Source of the DNA: Leucoraja ocellata | Taxonomy: Eukaryota | Assembly: GCA_036785375.1 (NCBI GenBank) | Contig: JAWMAR010000061.1 | Coordinates: forward strand, 7,220,181 to 7,256,000 | Direction: 5' to 3' | DNA length: 35,820 bases | In this document: piece by piece, positions 12,515-22,369 of the stretch | Numbering within the stretch: position 1 is the stretch's first letter | How the letters are laid out: each line of letters begins with the position of its first letter | Position numbers and translations under genes: made by a program | The notes under the pieces: model-generated | Seen by the model: the letters and a program-made list of their open reading frames with translations, nothing else | Databases searched by the model: none | What the model was told of the DNA's origin: nothing

Positions 12515-12658
12515 TAAGGAGGGCATCGAAATAGTCGTGGGAATTCGAAGACGTACTTGTAGGAGTTCGTAGATTACCACGTTCTTGATTTTTTTTAGGT
12601 CCTTTAAACTAGGCAGAGGTTTTGAATTAATTGTGAGAGAGGGAACCTGAGGGGCAAC

Positions 12659-12866
12659 TGGGGTAGTGATGAAGATGTGGGGCCTCGTGGACAGCGAGCA
12701 TCTCCTGCGGGTGTGGGGACCCAACACAGACAGTGGAGCACATAGTCACCAGTTGCCCCAAACACCGGTTGGCCACCCAATGGTGAACGAGGTCTGATTG
12801 GCCTGGACGTTGGTCTGGCTCGCCTCAACGGAGCTGCAGGTCTAAAAGACACACGCCAGAAGAAGA
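12659..12866 (+). mobile_element. 5'-truncated I-group (Ingi/Vingi-like) LINE 3' end
   Basis: 9-bp TSD AGGGGCAAC (12650-58, 12867-75). Frameshifted ORF end MKMWGLVDS../CGCGDPTQTVEHIVTSCPKHR (CxCx8Hx4C)/..GLIGLD../WLASTELQV* (stop 12843-45), very short 3' UTR and (AGA)n tail. Inserted into a CR1-type fragment. Confidence 0.7.
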
Positions 12867-13026
12867 AGGGGCAACCTTTCTTGTGCTAAGGGTGGTGGGC
12901 ATTTGGAATGAACTGCAGGAGGGGGCAGTTGTGGCAGGAACTATCACAATGATTAAAAAAAACATTGGGGCCAGAACATGGATCGGAAAGCTTTAGATAG
13001 GTACTAGAAGGGCTAAATGCAGGCAG

Positions 13027-13467
13027 GTGGGACTAGTGTAGATGGGACATGTTGGTCGGGGTGGGACTAGTGTAGATGGGGCAAGTTGGACGGGGTGGGA
13101 CTAGTGTAGATGGGGCATGTTGGTCTGGGTGGGACTAGTGTAGATGGGGCATGTTGGTCGGGGTGGGACTAGTGTAGATGGGGCATGTTGGTCGGGGTGG
13201 GACTAGTGTAGATGGGGCATGTTGGTCTGGGTGGGACTAGTGTAGATGGGGCATGTTGGTCGGGGTGGGACTAGTGTAGATGGGGCATGTTGGTCGGGGT
13301 GGGACTAGTGTAGACGGGGCATGTTGGTCGGGGTGGGACTAGTGTAGATGGGGCATGTTGGTCGGGGTGGGACTAGTGTAGATGGGGCATGTTGGCCGGG
13401 GTGGGACTAGTGTAGATGGGGCATGTTGGTCGGGGTGGGACTAGTGTAGACGGGGCATGTTGGTCGG
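13027..13467 (-). repeat. Same 34-bp minisatellite in opposite orientation, ~13 copies
   Basis: GTGGGACTAGTGTAGATGGGGCATGTTGGTCGGG units. Confidence 0.95.
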
Positions 13468-13795
13468 CATGTGCCTTACAGTTCTCCCTGTGACTGCTGG
13501 GTTTTATCCGGGTGCTCCGGTTTCCTCCCACATCCCAAAGACCTGTAGGCTAAGTGGCCCCTAGTGTACAGGGAGTGGTTGAGAAACTGGAATACCACAG
13601 AACTAGCATCAATGGATTTGGCGGGCCGAAGGGCCTGTTTCCAAGCTGATCTTTCAATCCATCAATTTGCCGTGATGTCTCGTCCGCAAGGCACATTAAA
13701 GACCAGCAGTGTAATTGGTGTAAAAGTCATTAATTTCCCCCAATATGCAAGCGGGCGTGAGTGTACAATGCTTGCAAGGAACGAGCTGGTGAGAC

Positions 13796-13850
13796 GGGGT
13801 GGGGAGATTGCAACCTTCACGTGGCCCGCCCTGTTTCGACGAATGCAATC
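13796..13850 (+). ncRNA. Minimal HDV-like self-cleaving ribozyme (predicted)
   Basis: P1 GGGGTGG(13796-802)/CCGCCCT(13826-832) with a G1.U wobble; P2 GATTGCA(13806-812)/TGCAATC(13844-850); P3 ACC/GGC (one mismatch); L3 TTCACGT; a G after P1 for P1.1; a very short TTTCGA linker in place of P4; J4/2 CGAA with putative catalytic C13840. Confidence 0.8.
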
Positions 13851-13936
13851 AACCTGGCGTGCACAATCAAATAAGATCAAATAGAACAAGTTGTCCTGCA
13901 ACTTTAGGCTGTGCCCGCCACATGCAAGAAGAAGAC
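13796..13936 (+). mobile_element. Short non-autonomous retroelement with 5' HDV-like ribozyme and (GAA)n tail, copy 1
   Basis: Perfect 11-bp TSD GCTGGTGAGAC (13785-13795 and 13937-13947), an AAGAAGAAGA tail, and a homologous second copy at 16965. Confidence 0.85.
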
Positions 13937-14189
13937 GCTGGTGAGACCAGGAAAGCTACCTTGTGATGAAGTCTTAGCGAGACTTTATCATCCCCTGGCT
14001 CTGTGAAAGGAAATGAAACATTTGCCAGAATTCTTCCCTCTCTATATCATCGTTCCTCAATTGCGATGTGAATAACAGAGTCTGTATCCAAGGCTGTGAC
14101 CCCACCCATCAGTCTCCGCCAACTGACCTACTTTACATTCCGACTCGGAAGAGCAGCTTTAAAACTTGCATTCTAGGTTCAAATCTTCT

Positions 14190-14635
14190 TAGAAACATAG
14201 AGACATAGACAATAGGTGCAGGAGTAGAGGCCATTCAGCCCTTCGAGCCTGCACCGCCATTCAATATGATCATGGCTGATCATCCAACTCAGTATCCCAT
14301 CCCTGCCTTCTCTCCATACCCCCTGATCCCTTTAGCCACAAGGGCCACATCTAACTCCCTCTTAAATATAGCCAATGAACTGTGTGGCCTCAACTACCTT
14401 CTGTGGCAGAGAATTCCACAGATTCACCACCATCTACGTGAATTTTTTTTTTCTCAGCTCGGTCCTAAAAGACTTCCTTCCCCCTTATCCTTAAACTATG
14501 TGACCCCTTGTTCTGGACTTCCCCAACATCGGGAACAATCTTCCTGCATCCAGCCTGTCCAACCCCTTAAGAATTTTGTACGTTTCTATAAGATCACCCC
14601 TCAATCTTCTGAATTCTAGCGAGTACAAGCCGAGC
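14190..14635 (-). mobile_element. CR1-clade LINE 3' end
   Basis: Reverse complement of the CR1 3' ORF/UTR with an (ACATAG)n tail. Confidence 0.9.
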
Positions 14636-15525
14636 CTCTTCCCTCACTGTTCATTTGTGTTTGCACTGTGAACAGGCAGGGCGAGGACTGCAGGCTCTCG
14701 TCTCTGAGTGGTATCAGTAAACCAGACGGCTTACTACACCAATCTGGTAGTCTTGTAATTATTACCAATGACTATATAAATCGTAGGAGCGGAATTAGGC
14801 CATTTGGCCCATCACGGTGGATCTGTGACTCTTCATCAAAACCACAACTGGTGCCAGGCTCCATGGCCTTGGTTTTTGATGCCTCAGATACAGTAAAAAA
14901 GTTGGAAGATAGACACAAAATGCTGGAGAAACTCAGCAGGTGCAGCAGCATCTATGCAGCGAAGGAAATAGGCAACGTTTCGGGCCGAAACCTGCTGTTT
15001 TAATCAGTATCCAAACTAGCTTGGTCAACATGGAGAGACATAAAATGCTGGAGTAACTCAGCGGGACTCTGGAGAGAAGGAATGGGTGACGTTTCAGATC
15101 GAGACCTTTCTTCGGTTCTCGACCCGTTCCTTCTCTCTGGAGATGCTGCCTGTCCCGCTGAGTTACTCCAGCATTTTGTGTCTATCTTCCAACTTCTTTA
15201 TTGTATCTGAGGCATCAAAAACCAAGACCATAAAGCCTGGCACCAGTTGTAGTTTGATGAAGAGTTGACCTCAGTTGTACTTGCTTTCCCTGCCTGGTTT
15301 GACAACGTCCTTCTTTCCTACCCGCTGGTCAGCACGGGTTCAGATTAAGGACGGAAAGTGACCTCATCCTGTTATTTTTAGACCTTGCATCTGGAGGGAA
15401 AAAAAGCTGACTGTTTCTTGAGAATCCAATCTTGCCTCTCCCTCCCTCACATGCTTTCAAAAAGTAATTGCACTGCGGAGTTGTTGGCAGGAGAAGAATA
15501 TCGTTGCTCTGAAGAAAGTTAGAGA

Positions 15526-16316
15526 GTGGCACAGTGGTGCAGCGGTAGAATTGCTGCCTCACAGCACCAGAGACCCAGGTTCGATCCTGACTACGGGAGC
15601 TGTCTGTGCAGAGTTTGTGCCTTCTCCTTTTTCTTTCAAAATCTTTTTATTCGTTTTTTTCAAAAGCAAAAACAAAAGAACAAAAAAGTAATGATAAACA
15701 TAACAGTGATATTTATCCAGAGGGATCAGGGTTTCATTAATGGCAGGTAAAACCTAAATATGAGTCCAGTGTTAACATACACATTGAATATAGACTTCCT
15801 GGTCTCTATGTAAATATAGTTACGTGTTTAAAAGAGCTTATATGTATAAAAACAAAAAGATTTTTAAAAAAAAGATCGAAAAAACGAAATAACAAAACCC
15901 CCCTAAACTAAAGAAGAAGAAGAAAAAAATAAAATAAAAACTGAATCTGGGCTGCAAAGAGTTTCAACAATTTAAGTCCTTGTTTGTCATCAAGTCCGTT
16001 GCACTGTATACCAGTAAAATTATTATAACAGTTGGAGAGGAGACAGTTCATGTCGTATGAAAATGTTGAATAACTCTTCCCCAAGTCCGATCAAATTTAA
16101 CCAAGGGTTCAACAATGTTTGTGTCTTCTCCCCGTGACCTGCGTGAGTTTTCTCCAAGATCTTCGGTTTCCTCCCACACTCCAAAGACGTACAGGTTTGT
16201 AGGTTAATTGGCTTGGTGTGAATGTAAATTGTCCCCAGTGTGTGTAGGGTGATGTTGGTGTGTGGGACTCGGTTGGCCGATGAGCATGTTCCCGCACTGT
16301 ATCTCTAAACTAAACT
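15526..16316 (+). mobile_element. HE1-like tRNA-derived V-SINE (split by the L1-like insert)
   Basis: A box tggtgcagcgg, B box ggttcgatcc, V-domain ttctccccgtgacctgcgtg..cggtttcctcccacactccaaagac, and a (CTAAA)n tail. Confidence 0.85.
15628..16116 (-). mobile_element. L1/Tx1-like 3' end inserted into a V-SINE
   Basis: 15-bp TSD GTTTGTG(C/T)CTTCTCC (15613-27, 16117-31), minus-strand AATAAA plus an A-rich tail, and an ORF end VKFDRTWGRVIQHFHTT*. Confidence 0.7.
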
Positions 16317-16964
16317 GAAGTTGTTTCTTTGCTCTGCCTTTGATACTTCAGTTTGAAGGAATCGGATGGAAGGAAGGACAAGGAATTAGTGAGACTGCCT
16401 CACCTTTACACCTGCACCTACTGCTGACTAATTGAACCTTGCGGGCAGTATCGCAGTGAGTCATGCCCCATACATCCCACAAAGCTTTGCCCACCAGCTG
16501 ACATCTGTGTGTTATATTGCTCTTAACTCCCTCTAAACGGTGATTATCTGTGTGTGCCTTGTGCTTAAATACATTTGCACTTTGTCAGGAGTGTCGAGAG
16601 AAAAAATACAGCGCAGTATTTGGATAGTGTCATTGGAAACATGAGCCACCACAATGCACACACATAACCTATGCCAAGAGCCAAGAGCTTCTTCAGATCC
16701 GATATCGAGGGGCAATCAAAACTCTTTTATCACAAATATTCAGTTTCCCGCCTTTTGATTTTCAAGTCTTTGGAAGGTTGATTGCTCCGGGTTTAGGGTG
16801 TAGATAGAGTGGATGCTTCCACTTGTGGGAGAGTCTAGGACTCAGAATCGATGTGTCGAAAGGAACTGCAGATGCTGGTTTACACTGAAGAGTAATTCTT
16901 CAGAGTCTGCAGAAGTGTCTCGACCTGAAAGGTCACCTATTCCTTCTATCCAGTGATGCTGCCT

Positions 16965-17099
16965 GGGGTGGGGAGATTGCAAACTTCATGTGGGACGCCC
17001 TGTTTCGACTAATGCAATCAACTGGACGTGCACAAACGGAAGATCAAATAGAACAAGTTGTCCTACAACTTTAGGCTGTGCACGCCACATGCAAGAAGA
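16965..17099 (+). mobile_element. Same HDV-ribozyme retroelement, copy 2 (ribozyme 16965-17019, P3 degenerate)
   Basis: Colinear with copy 1, with the same 5' start, intact P2 and J4/2 CTAA. Imperfect TSD AGTGATGCTGCCT/AGTGATGCTCTCT (16952-16964, 17100-17112). It interrupts a Penelope-terminus remnant. Confidence 0.8.
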
Positions 17100-18190
17100 A
17101 GTGATGCTCTCTGATCCGCTGAGTTACTCCAGTATTTTGTGTTGAGCCTCAGAATTTCGTTTAGTTTTTTGCCCAATAGAAATTTGGAACAGACTTGTTG
17201 GTCTGAAGGATTTTCTCTCAGTTCTATGTTTCTATATCCTTTCATTGGTGTATATTCACCCAAGAATAAAGGGCATTCAGGTGTCGTCATTTAGCTCTTA
17301 GGGCTAATGGAATCGAGGGATATGGGGGAAAAAGCAGGAACGGGGTACTGATTTTGGATGATCAGCCATGATCACATTGAATGGCGGTGCTGGCTCGAAG
17401 GGCTGAATGGCCTCCTCCTGCACCTATTGTCTATGTTTCTATGCCACAAGCTTTATTGGAGAGTCTGTTTAGAGACACAGCAGTGAAACAGGCCATTTGG
17501 CCCATCAAGTCCATGCTGGCCACTGACCACTAGTGACCACACCAGTTTTAGGTCATCCCATTTCCTCATCCATTCTCTCCACAGTCGCGCTGACTACGGG
17601 TGCTGTCTGTGCGGAGTTTGCACGTTTGTCTGTGTGCTTCCTCCCACATTCACAAAGATGTGCGGGTTTGTAGGTTAATTGGCATCTGTGGATTGTCCCT
17701 AGTTTGTAGGATAGAACTAGTGTGTGAGTGATTGCCCCTCAATGCAGACATGGTGGGCCGAAGGGCCTGTTTCAATGCTGTATCTATAAACTGCAGGCTT
17801 GGTTACTCTCTCTCCATTCTTTTCTCCCCAACGTGACCCATCTACCAATCAACCCCCCCTCCTCACCTGGATCTACCTATCATAGGGTCTTACAGTGTGG
17901 AAACAGGCCCTTTGGCCCAACCTGCCATAGACACAAAATGCTGGAGTAAGTCAACGGGACAGGCAGCAACAGTCAAGGGATATGGTGAGAAGGCAGGAAT
18001 GGGGTACTGATTCTAGATGATCTGCCATGATCACAGTGAATGATGGTGCTGCCTCGATGGGCTGAATGGCCTACTCTTACACCTATTATCTATTGTCTAT
18101 TGCATCTCTGGAGAGGAGGAATGGGTGAAGTTTTGGGTCTAGTCCCTTCTTCACTTGCTAGCAATCCATCATTTTTCTCATTTCTGCATT

Positions 18191-18225
18191 AGCCTGAAGA
18201 AGGGTCCTGACCCGAAACGTTGTCT
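18191..18225 (+). ncRNA. Minimal hammerhead motif (GTT triplet variant)
   Basis: CTGAAGA-A-GGGTCCTGACCC-GAAACGTT; stem I is weak. Confidence 0.5.
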
Positions 18226-19472
18226 GTCCAATTCCCTCGTTAGAGGGCGTTGGGGTGGTTTGGAGAGCTTAGGGGGGCGTTCAAGTGCGTTAGAGGCCGT
18301 TAGGTGGCATGAGTACTGTGGAGGGCGTTAGATGCGTTGGAGGTCATTGCAGGTCGTCGACTGTAAAATATTGCGAGGGGAATTCCTGACATGACAGCAC
18401 ATCCAGATGTGAGCCTTCCTACCATTCCATGAGTTCTTGCTCGCAGTTAGTTCTGTATTTAGTTCAGTGTCCTCCTTCATCGCTGACTGCTCACAGTCGA
18501 CATCTGGAATGCAGTAAGATTCTTTGACTGAGTGCGAGTTTTATGAAAACACTGGAACAACTAAAGGATATTGGCGAGTGAGTTAGTGCTGTCATCAATT
18601 AGAAATTCCTAAGTATGATCGCAGATGTCAATACTGTACATGTGGCACTGAAGCCAGACCTCTGCAGTGGACTTCCATGGACTCTAGTTTAGTTTAGAGA
18701 TACAGCGCGGAAACAGGACCTTAGGGTCCACACCGACCAGCGACCCACGCATATTAACAATTTTTTTTTCCCTTTACCGAGCCAATTTACCTACATAGCT
18801 GTACGTCTTTGGAAAGCCGCTGAGTTACTCCAGCACTTTGTGCCCTTCTTCGGTATAAACTAGCACTTGCAGTTACTTCCTGCACATTGAACCCGCAGTC
18901 CGAGATCTCTACAACACTCCCTACAACATATACAGGGCCTGATGCTTGCACCTAACAAGCAGGACAAATCCCACCCTGCCAACCACCTCTTCACTCTGCT
19001 ATCCTCTGGGAGGTGATACAGGTCCCTGAAGACTAAAAAATAGTTCCTACCCATGTGCGATAAAATAATTTTCTATTTATTTATTTAAAAAAATAAAATT
19101 TATTAGAAGTACAATACAGTGGTACAAAAATGATGTTAACATATGACATTCTCTGTACAACTTCCTTTTTTTTTAAAGAAAGGAGAGAGGAAAAAGAGGT
19201 TGTGAAAGGTGAGGGATAGACTAGTGAGCGTGAGTGAAAAACACATAAAGAAAAAAGGAATGAGTGAAGGAGAGCAGGAGGGACATTATTCAATTGCCAC
19301 AGGGAGATTTTTAATATTCTGAATCGTCTTATCTCCCATACGTGAAACGTTTCGGTTTCACGATACTATGTCACCACATGACCGCGATAAAAGGACTTAA
19401 CTCTAACAGAGAACACTGGGGAAGCACAATATAATTCGGGGTGCAATATAATGGGCAATACTCTTTTTAAAT

Positions 19473-19693
19473 GGGATTTTTAAATGGCACAATGGGCTAA
19501 GTGTTCGGCTGGCGACCGGAAGGTAGCCGGTTCGAATCCCGCTTGGAGTGCATACTGTCATTGTGCCCTTGGGGCAAGACACTTCACCCACCTTTGCCTG
19601 TGTGTAATGTAATGTAATTATGTGAAGCACTTTGGGGTCAATGCAAGTTGACTGAAAATGTGCTATATAAATAAGATTATTATTATTATTATT
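19473..19693 (+). mobile_element. tRNA-derived SINE with CORE/Mermaid-like centre and L2-type tail
   Basis: A box tggcacaatgg, B box ggttcgaatcc, gtgcccttggggcaagacacttcaccc, and tail tgtgaagcactttg..gtgctatataaat(ATT)n. Confidence 0.75.
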
Positions 19694-20308
19694 TATTATG
19701 TGTATTGTTATGTGCCTTACATCGCCCGGCGCGGCTTTAAGTGGCCGTGGGACTTGCTAGCGCCCGCTGAGGGCTTTGACTTTGACTTTGACTTTGGGAG
19801 AGGAATGGAGAGCAGGGGAGAGACAAGACTTTGCCTTCCATCACAGTGAGGTGGAGACTCACTGTGATGGATGTTTGTGTGAATTGTGTTGGTGTGTGTC
19901 TTGGTTCTTTTCTTGTATGTCTGCAGAAACCAAATTTCGTTTGAACGTCATGTCAGGTTCAAATGACAAATAAACGGTATTGTATTGTTGTATATGTTAT
20001 GTGGATTTTGTGCATATGGGAGTCAATGGCTGTTGTGTTTTGTTATTTTTAAACGAAGGAGATGCAATGGGATTTTGTTGCACAGTGTTGTACCATCACA
20101 ATAAACGTATATTTGATTCTATTCTATTCTCCCCGAGTGAAAGAAAGGCTGGGATTGTTCCCGATGGCCTTGCCAACATTCTTTCCTTAACCAGGAAAAC
20201 TGATGAACAGTGAGGAATGTTGGCCTGTTGAATTTGGAGATATCACTGCCGGCTATAACCGGTGGCGCAGCGATAGAGTTACATGGAAACATAGACAATA
20301 GGTGCAGG

Positions 20309-21004
20309 TGATGAAGCCGAATTTTAGTTAAAAATATAAGAAGATATTAAATTGGCTTCTGGGCTAGCTTACAGCTTATATTTAGTCTCAAATTAGGCTT
20401 GCCTTAGGTTGTGGTGTGTGTGAGATAGTAAATCCTATAACATTGTCTCCCATGTGAGGAAGTGACAGAGAGGAAGAGAGATATCTTTGAAGTAAGATGC
20501 CATAAACCAAATGACCAATGTTGATGGGGAGGAGGCAATAAAGGAAGAGAGACATAGCCAGTCACATCTTTGTAAACAAATGACCTATGTTTATGAGGGA
20601 CCAAATGACAGAGGAAGCAGCGAAAAGAGCTAGGGTGGTCTATTTGGAGATAAAATGACCTAAAGCAAATGGCCAATGTTTTTAGTATATCTTGTACCAT
20701 GTAAACAAAATGTTTGATGTGATGCATTCTGTGGAAACCTTTTCCTGTACCTCTGACCATGAGTAATGTCTGTGGAATGTGCTAAGGGGACAAAAAAACC
20801 CTATTTAAAGCAATGTAATTCTGTTGTTGAGGGAAGAGGACCGAGGACAGTTGAGTGTGTACATTGGTCACTTAGCCGGAATTCTCGCTCCCTTCCATCG
20901 GCCGATGTTAAGTAACGTTTTGAACTGGTCTACCAAACAGTTTGTGTGGTGTCTGTTTATTAAGAAGCGAACCTGGTTTAGTAGTTATAAAAGTAACTTT
21001 TTCA
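20309..21004 (+). mobile_element. Solo LTR (696 bp; ERV- or Gypsy-type; orientation tentative)
   Basis: TGA...TCA termini and a 4-bp TSD CAGG (20305-08, 21005-08). It cleanly splits the CR1 tail sequence aataggtgcagg|agtagaggcc. Internal AAATGACC repeats and a TATA-like TATTTAAA at 20802. Confidence 0.75.
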
Positions 21005-21290
21005 CAGGAGTAGAGGCCATTCAGCCCTTCGAGCCTGCACCTCCATTCAATATGATCATGGCTGATCATCCAACTCGGTATCCCATCCCTGCCTTCTCTC
21101 CATACCCCCTGATCCCTTGAGCCACAAGGGCCACATCTAACTCCCTCTTAAATATAGCCAATGAACTGTGGCCTCAACTACCTTCTGTGGCAGAGAGTTC
21201 CAGAGATTCACCACTCCCTGTGTGAATTTTTTTTTTCTCATCTCGGTCCTAAAAGATTTCCCCCTTATCCTTAAACTGTGTGACCCCTTC
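21005..21290 (-). mobile_element. CR1 3' end (its tail continues at 20281-20308, across the LTR)
   Basis: The sequence is continuous once the LTR and one TSD copy are removed. Confidence 0.85.
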
Positions 21291-21480
21291 TGAGACAGGA
21301 TATTGACCCCAGAATCAGTCTAACATCTCACACCTTTGAAAGGAAGGATCTGCCAGATAGACAAATCTTTGAGATCCTTTGGCAGCTTGCAACCCCAGCT
21401 CTATGAATATCGATTTCTCTAACTCCGTAACCCTCAGATAGACACTAAATGCAGGTCACGGGGAGAACGCACAAACTCCG

Positions 21481-21878
21481 TGCTGACACTAGAATTCAGA
21501 AGATTGAGGGGGGATCTTAAAGAAACTTACAAAATCCTTAAGGGGTTGGACAGGCTAGATGCAGGAAGATCATTCCCGATGTTGGGGAAGTCCAGAACAA
21601 GGGGTCACAGTTTAAGGATAAGGGGGAAATCTTTTAGGACCGAGATGAGAAAAACATTTTTCACACAAAGAGTGGTGAATCTGTGGAATTCTCTGCCACA
21701 GAAAGTAGTTGAGGCCACAGTTCATTGGCTATATTTAAGAGGGAGTTAGATGTGGCCCTTGTGGCTAAAGGGATCAGGGGGTATGGAGAGAAGGCAGGAA
21801 TGGGATACTGAGTTGGATGATCAGCCATGATCATATTGAATGGCGGTGCAGGCTTGAAGGGCCGAATGGCCTACTCCT
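21481..21878 (+). mobile_element. CR1-clade LINE 3' end
   Basis: LEFRRLRGDLKETYKILKGLDRLD..FFTQRVVNLWNSLP. Confidence 0.9.
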
Positions 21879-22369
21879 AAAGGATTTGAGTATAGGTTCT
21901 TGAAGGAAATAGGCAACGTTTCGGGTCGAAACCCGGAAGGGTTTCGTCCCGAAACGTTGCCTATTTCCTTCGTTCCATAGATGCTGCTGCACCCGCTGAG
22001 TTTCTCCAGCACAGCCATAATCATATTGAATGGCGGTGCAGGCTCGAAGGGCCGAATGGCCTACTCCTGCACCTATTGTCTATGTTTCTAAGAGCTGAGT
22101 GGTAGCACTGGCAGATTTTTCCCCACGAACAGGGTCTATTTTAGTGTTACATTTCAGTGATTCTTATAAATGGGGCCATAGTTTTGGAGTCTCGTTGCTG
22201 TAGAGATGTCAGTGCTGGAAGTGCATTAGCCATCCAAGATCCTGCTCCCTATTGCCACCTAATGATTCTTGCTGGTACACAAAATTGCTGGAGAAACTCA
22301 GCGGGTTCAGCAGCATCTATGGAGCGAAGGAAATAGGCGACGTTTCGGGCCGAAACCCTTGCTGGAAGG

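Noticed and set aside
16420-16510. AP-1 (TGAGTCA 16457-63) and E-box cluster as an enhancer
   Set aside because: Short motifs are expected by chance and no conservation data are available.
19483-19560. tRNA gene
   Set aside because: A and B boxes are present but run into a SINE body and tail with no full cloverleaf; the same holds for the HE1 heads.
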